64,000 nucleotides of DNA from NCBI RefSeq assembly GCF_018350175.1, contig NC_058383.1, positions 13,332,001 through 13,396,000 of the forward strand, in the 5' to 3' direction. Positions 60,341 to 64,000 of the stretch are shown piece after piece; the stretch's first letter is position 1; each line of letters starts with the position of its first letter. The notes beneath the pieces were generated by a model. The model did no database searches, had not been told where the DNA came from, and saw only the letters and a list, made by a program, of their open reading frames with translations. This DNA comes from Felis catus (taxonomy: Eukaryota). The position numbers were made by a program, and so were the translations under genes.

Positions 60341-61569
60341 GCATTTCATTCCAGAGCATAACTGCTGCACTTCCAGGAAGGTTCTGCGGGAGGCCCACAG
60401 AAGAGGATTGGGCCTAATTATTACTGATAGGGTCTTTGAAATAATGAGCTAGATTTTCCAGAAAGTACACTGTATTTTGTTGTCTCTTCCATTTGTACTT
60501 TAAAACAGAAGGCGATTTGTTTCGAACTCTGTGCTCCAAACCTGTAACTTAATTAAGCAAGTTTATTGACTGTCGCTGAGGCTGTGGTTAAAAACTGGCA
60601 AACATCATGTGACTCTATTAGCATCTCTGAGGAAATAAAGGGAAGAGACAGGTTTCCACCCTTCCAATTTTTTTCCTTCCCTTTTCTCCCAAGCTCATTC
60701 TTGCACTGCAACATTTCACTTATAATCTGTTAATTAAATCATTTCACTCCATTTTATATAATTTTTAATTTAGCATTCATTTTCAACTTAGCTTTTGGCT
60801 TCATTTACTGATAATAAACAGTGTTGCATACAACACATGTTCCACAAAACTCTCGGTCACACACATACAGATGCCAGTAATTTTTTTCCAATATGCCAGG
60901 CACATTAAAATTAAAGGCAGCATCTCCCTTCACCCTTTCCATCACTGAACGTGCACCCTGTTTGAATAATACATACTCCCGGCAGCAGCAAGAGGCTAAT
61001 GGGTAAAAATTATGTGTAGCATGTCACTGGTACCTTTTTGAAAATTCATGGTTTTCCCGGACATGGTTCTGCAGAAGGTTTCTGGCATGGGCACTCCCAA
61101 TACCTTGACTCTGTACCTTGGGCTGAATGTATGTAAGTAGTGATGGCTTTCTAGAATTACCGCTTTATGCATTTACTGCCACATGATAGTTTTTGAGAAG
61201 GAGAGCTCTAGTTTGGCATTCAGATTACTTCTAGGTTATCTTTTGAATCATAGTCTTAATTCTAAAGATACGAATTCTGTTAGCTTTATGTGATACCCAG
61301 AAGTTTCTAAGGCTACAATGCCAAAGTTTATGGATCACTTTTAAGTGATGTCGGCCTGTATTGTTTGTATTGCTATCGTTGCTGGCCAAGTCCCTGGAAT
61401 CCATTCACGTCCCAGTTTGCTCTTGCATAGTCTTGAACTCTCTTAGTTACAAAAGTTCCTGCTACTACATCTAACCTAGAAGTTCTCATGTAGTGACTTT
61501 GGTTCTTTGCCCACCATCTGTGGGATCAGCTAAAGGAGGTACCCTTGATCATATTCTTCTAAATACTGG

Positions 61570-62330
61570 CCAGTGAGTCAGCAGAGTGTATTGGGCATGT
61601 CATATGTGTTAGATTCTGTGGTCGATGCTGGGGATGTTGATGACCAACACCACTATGGCCTGTCTCTTCCCTTGTGGAGATGACATTCTAGCATGGGAAG
61701 ATGGCCATTTTATAAATGTTAGCTACCTAAGGCCAGAGTTATGTGACAGGTTCGGGGATGTGTGAGAGTAACTGAACGATTCCACCTTGCCTGGATGTTT
61801 GGAAAGCTCCCTCCCGAGGCGATATCATTTAATCTGAGATGTGAAACATCACTAGGATTTAGCAAGGTGAAGAAAGAGGCATAGAGGGATGTCGTACGTG
61901 GAGACCCTATGTCTGTAGAAAGGAGTTGTTTCCGTCCTGGGGAAGGCAAGGGGTGGGGGTAGCACGAGCGTTAGTTCCATAACACCAAATGGGAACATCA
62001 GATTCTATCATAAGGGCAGTGAGAAGTGAAGGATTTTAGGCAGGGACTGACTCAAACAGATGTGTTTGTATTTGGAAAAACATCGTTGTGTGTTTTGGAA
62101 AATGTTCGGCAGAGTGGTTGGAGAGACCATTTAGGAATTAGAGGCTTTGCAAGAGTACATACAGGTGAGAAATGGTGGCAGTGGAGATAGTAAGAAGTGA
62201 ATTAATTTGAGAGTTCTTTGGAAATGCCGTGCACAGGACTTGTGATCAATTGAACTTTAGGAAAAGGGAAGCATCAAGGATGACACCTGGGTTTCTGGCT
62301 TGAGCAGTTGTAGAGATGATGGTAATTTTT
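61570..62330 (-). mobile_element. L2 fossil
   Basis: gatgctggggat, cttgtggagatgacattctag, ggattttaggcagggactgac, gcatcaaggatgacacctgggtttctggcttgagcagttg. Confidence 0.82.
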
Positions 62331-62923
62331 CATGTTGAAGGTGATAAAATACTTTTTGTATCTATCTCATTATTGCTATCTGAGCCTCAATGTTAGAGGT
62401 CAGAAGCTCATAAAATCTGATGGTGGCATTAAAATTCTTTTACGCAGGATAGGGTCCGCTGTAGTTGAAAAGTAGAATTTGGCTTAAAGCATAGACTTTT
62501 CCTTCTGTCTTTTGATTGTCATCTGTTGAGAGCTAAACATAGCAACTTGAAGGGTGGTCCATAAAGACTTTGACAGATTAAAAAGCAAATAATTTTAGAA
62601 CCCCTGTATTCTAGCTTAGTTGTCTGTGGCACTTCTGTCCTTTAATGTTAGAGTTGTTGTATCCTGGGAGGATCTTTTTGTGTTTTTCCTAACGTTTGAA
62701 TGGCTCTGTTCCTAGGTCATTGCAAGTGTTCGGTCCTCCCCATACCTCAGATTGTGGGTAGTCTCCGTCCAGTCCCAGATTTCTAGTGTATACAGATTTC
62801 ATCTCACGTGTAAGCCAAGCAGAGTGTTGGAAGGAGAGGTGGTGGATCCTGAAGGGTATAAGACTGACCTGAAGTCTCAGCCCTGTTACTCCTTGGTTAA
62901 TGTTTAATTTTAAATAACTCAAC

Positions 62924-63369
62924 CCTGGCAGATGTTTCTGGTGCCCCACCCACACCCCCTTGCCCCTTCCACTTTACCACCATTGGCCCTGTTTCCAGCT
63001 GCCAGCCCCTGGCATTCATACAGGGCTTTCCTGTAGTCATTGAATTCTCCTTTGCTCAGAGGGTAGGCAGGAAGTGAGAGGGAATTGGTTCCAACCTGAG
63101 CTCCCCTCAAGCATGGCTAACGAGAATTGTTGTCTAAATACTCTAGACCCCTTGTCCTGTAAGTGGGATAACTCTGTTTCCAGGGTCGTCCCAGTGGCAT
63201 TAACTTCTAGTTGCCCACAGTGGTAGTTGACTTGGTTTATACACCTTTATTCCCTGCCTACTGTCCTTGTCTTACTTTCTCATCCTCTGCTGCTGTTTGC
63301 TTTTATTTGCCAAATAAACTTCTTACACTTGATTCAGGGTTTGCTTGTGGGGAAGTGCACACTAAGACA
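62924..63369 (+). mobile_element. LTR16/LTR33-like ERVL solo LTR
   Basis: Start tggcagatgtttctggtgccccaccca. End ccaaataaacttcttacactt..tcagggtttgcttgtgggga..actaagaca, with an AATAAA signal and the typical ctaagaca terminus. Confidence 0.72.
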
Positions 63370-64000
63370 ATCCCTGTGAGCTTTGATTTCCTCATCTTTA
63401 GAATGATTGTGTTTGATCAGTTGGTCACTTCCCATTCAACATCACCTCTGTGATTCTTTCTGGTTCGTATCACTTGCTACTTGCACCTATCAGTTCACAT
63501 AAATTGTGTGTGTACCTTTGTTGTTGTTGTTCAGATTAGTCTGTTAGTGTAAGACTCTTAACTGTCTTAGAGTTGCAGGTGGTGCGAGAAAGCTCTCAAG
63601 TACAAAGGCAACTGTGTGGATCAGATACACCCAGGACCTGGGCTTCACAAACAGGCTTGGGACAACGTGTGTGGCTTTAAAGCGCAGTGCCTTCTGCTTC
63701 CTGAGACAGGGAACCTGGCCTGGTTTTTTTCGACGTATGTAGAATTCTCCTCTATATTCTTTGGTGGCACATTCTCCCATGTATTGTATTAGTGTTGGTG
63801 CTCCGTTTGTGTCCTGTCTCATCCATCTTGCTGGTTAACTTAAGATGCAGTTCACTGTATTAAAAAAAAATGTTTTCTTGGTGTTGATAGTACTTTTTAG
63901 CCATGTGTTTTCAATTACGTTTCTGTGAGGTATCTTTGATATTTGATAGGCTCCTTGTTTCTTTTTGGCCACCACTACTATTTAGATTAATTATTCTGAA

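Noticed and set aside
1..64000. A novel multi-gene system, CRISPR array or prokaryotic operon
   Set aside because: The sequence is repeat-rich mammalian DNA. The longest ORF is 173 aa, and I saw no repeat-spacer array or recognisable non-transposon protein.

Overview
Mammalian genomic DNA, almost certainly from a felid (cat lineage): it carries many Can-SINEs, including the young SINEC_Fc type (GGGGCGCCTGGGTGGCGCAGTCGGTTAAGCGTCCGACTTCAGCCAGGTCACG), and carnivore/felid L1 3' ends. The window is AT-rich, CpG-poor and repeat-dense, which fits a large intron or a gene desert. I could not recognise any host protein-coding exon, RNA gene or CpG island. The ORF track is made of repeat-derived fragments (L1 EN/RT/C-terminus, L2 YADD, SINE read-through, microsatellite runs) and chance ORFs. 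Repeat content: old L1M fossils, three 5'-truncated young L1s, a MER4-group ERV1 internal fragment, a collapsed MER34-like provirus, an LTR16-like solo LTR, L2/MIR fossils, a Tigger2-type MITE, hAT relics, about 17 Can-SINEs or SINE segments, and microsatellites. I found no convincing new biological system. The best second-look items are retrotransposition oddities (a tailless SINE with an intact TSD, a solo poly(A) insertion, a target site used twice, an L1 tail turned into a ~140-bp quasi-palindrome), a few hairpins, weak micro-exon candidates and motif-dense unique segments that may be enhancers. Repeat subfamily names come from my memory of consensus sequences, and boundaries of old elements are approximate.
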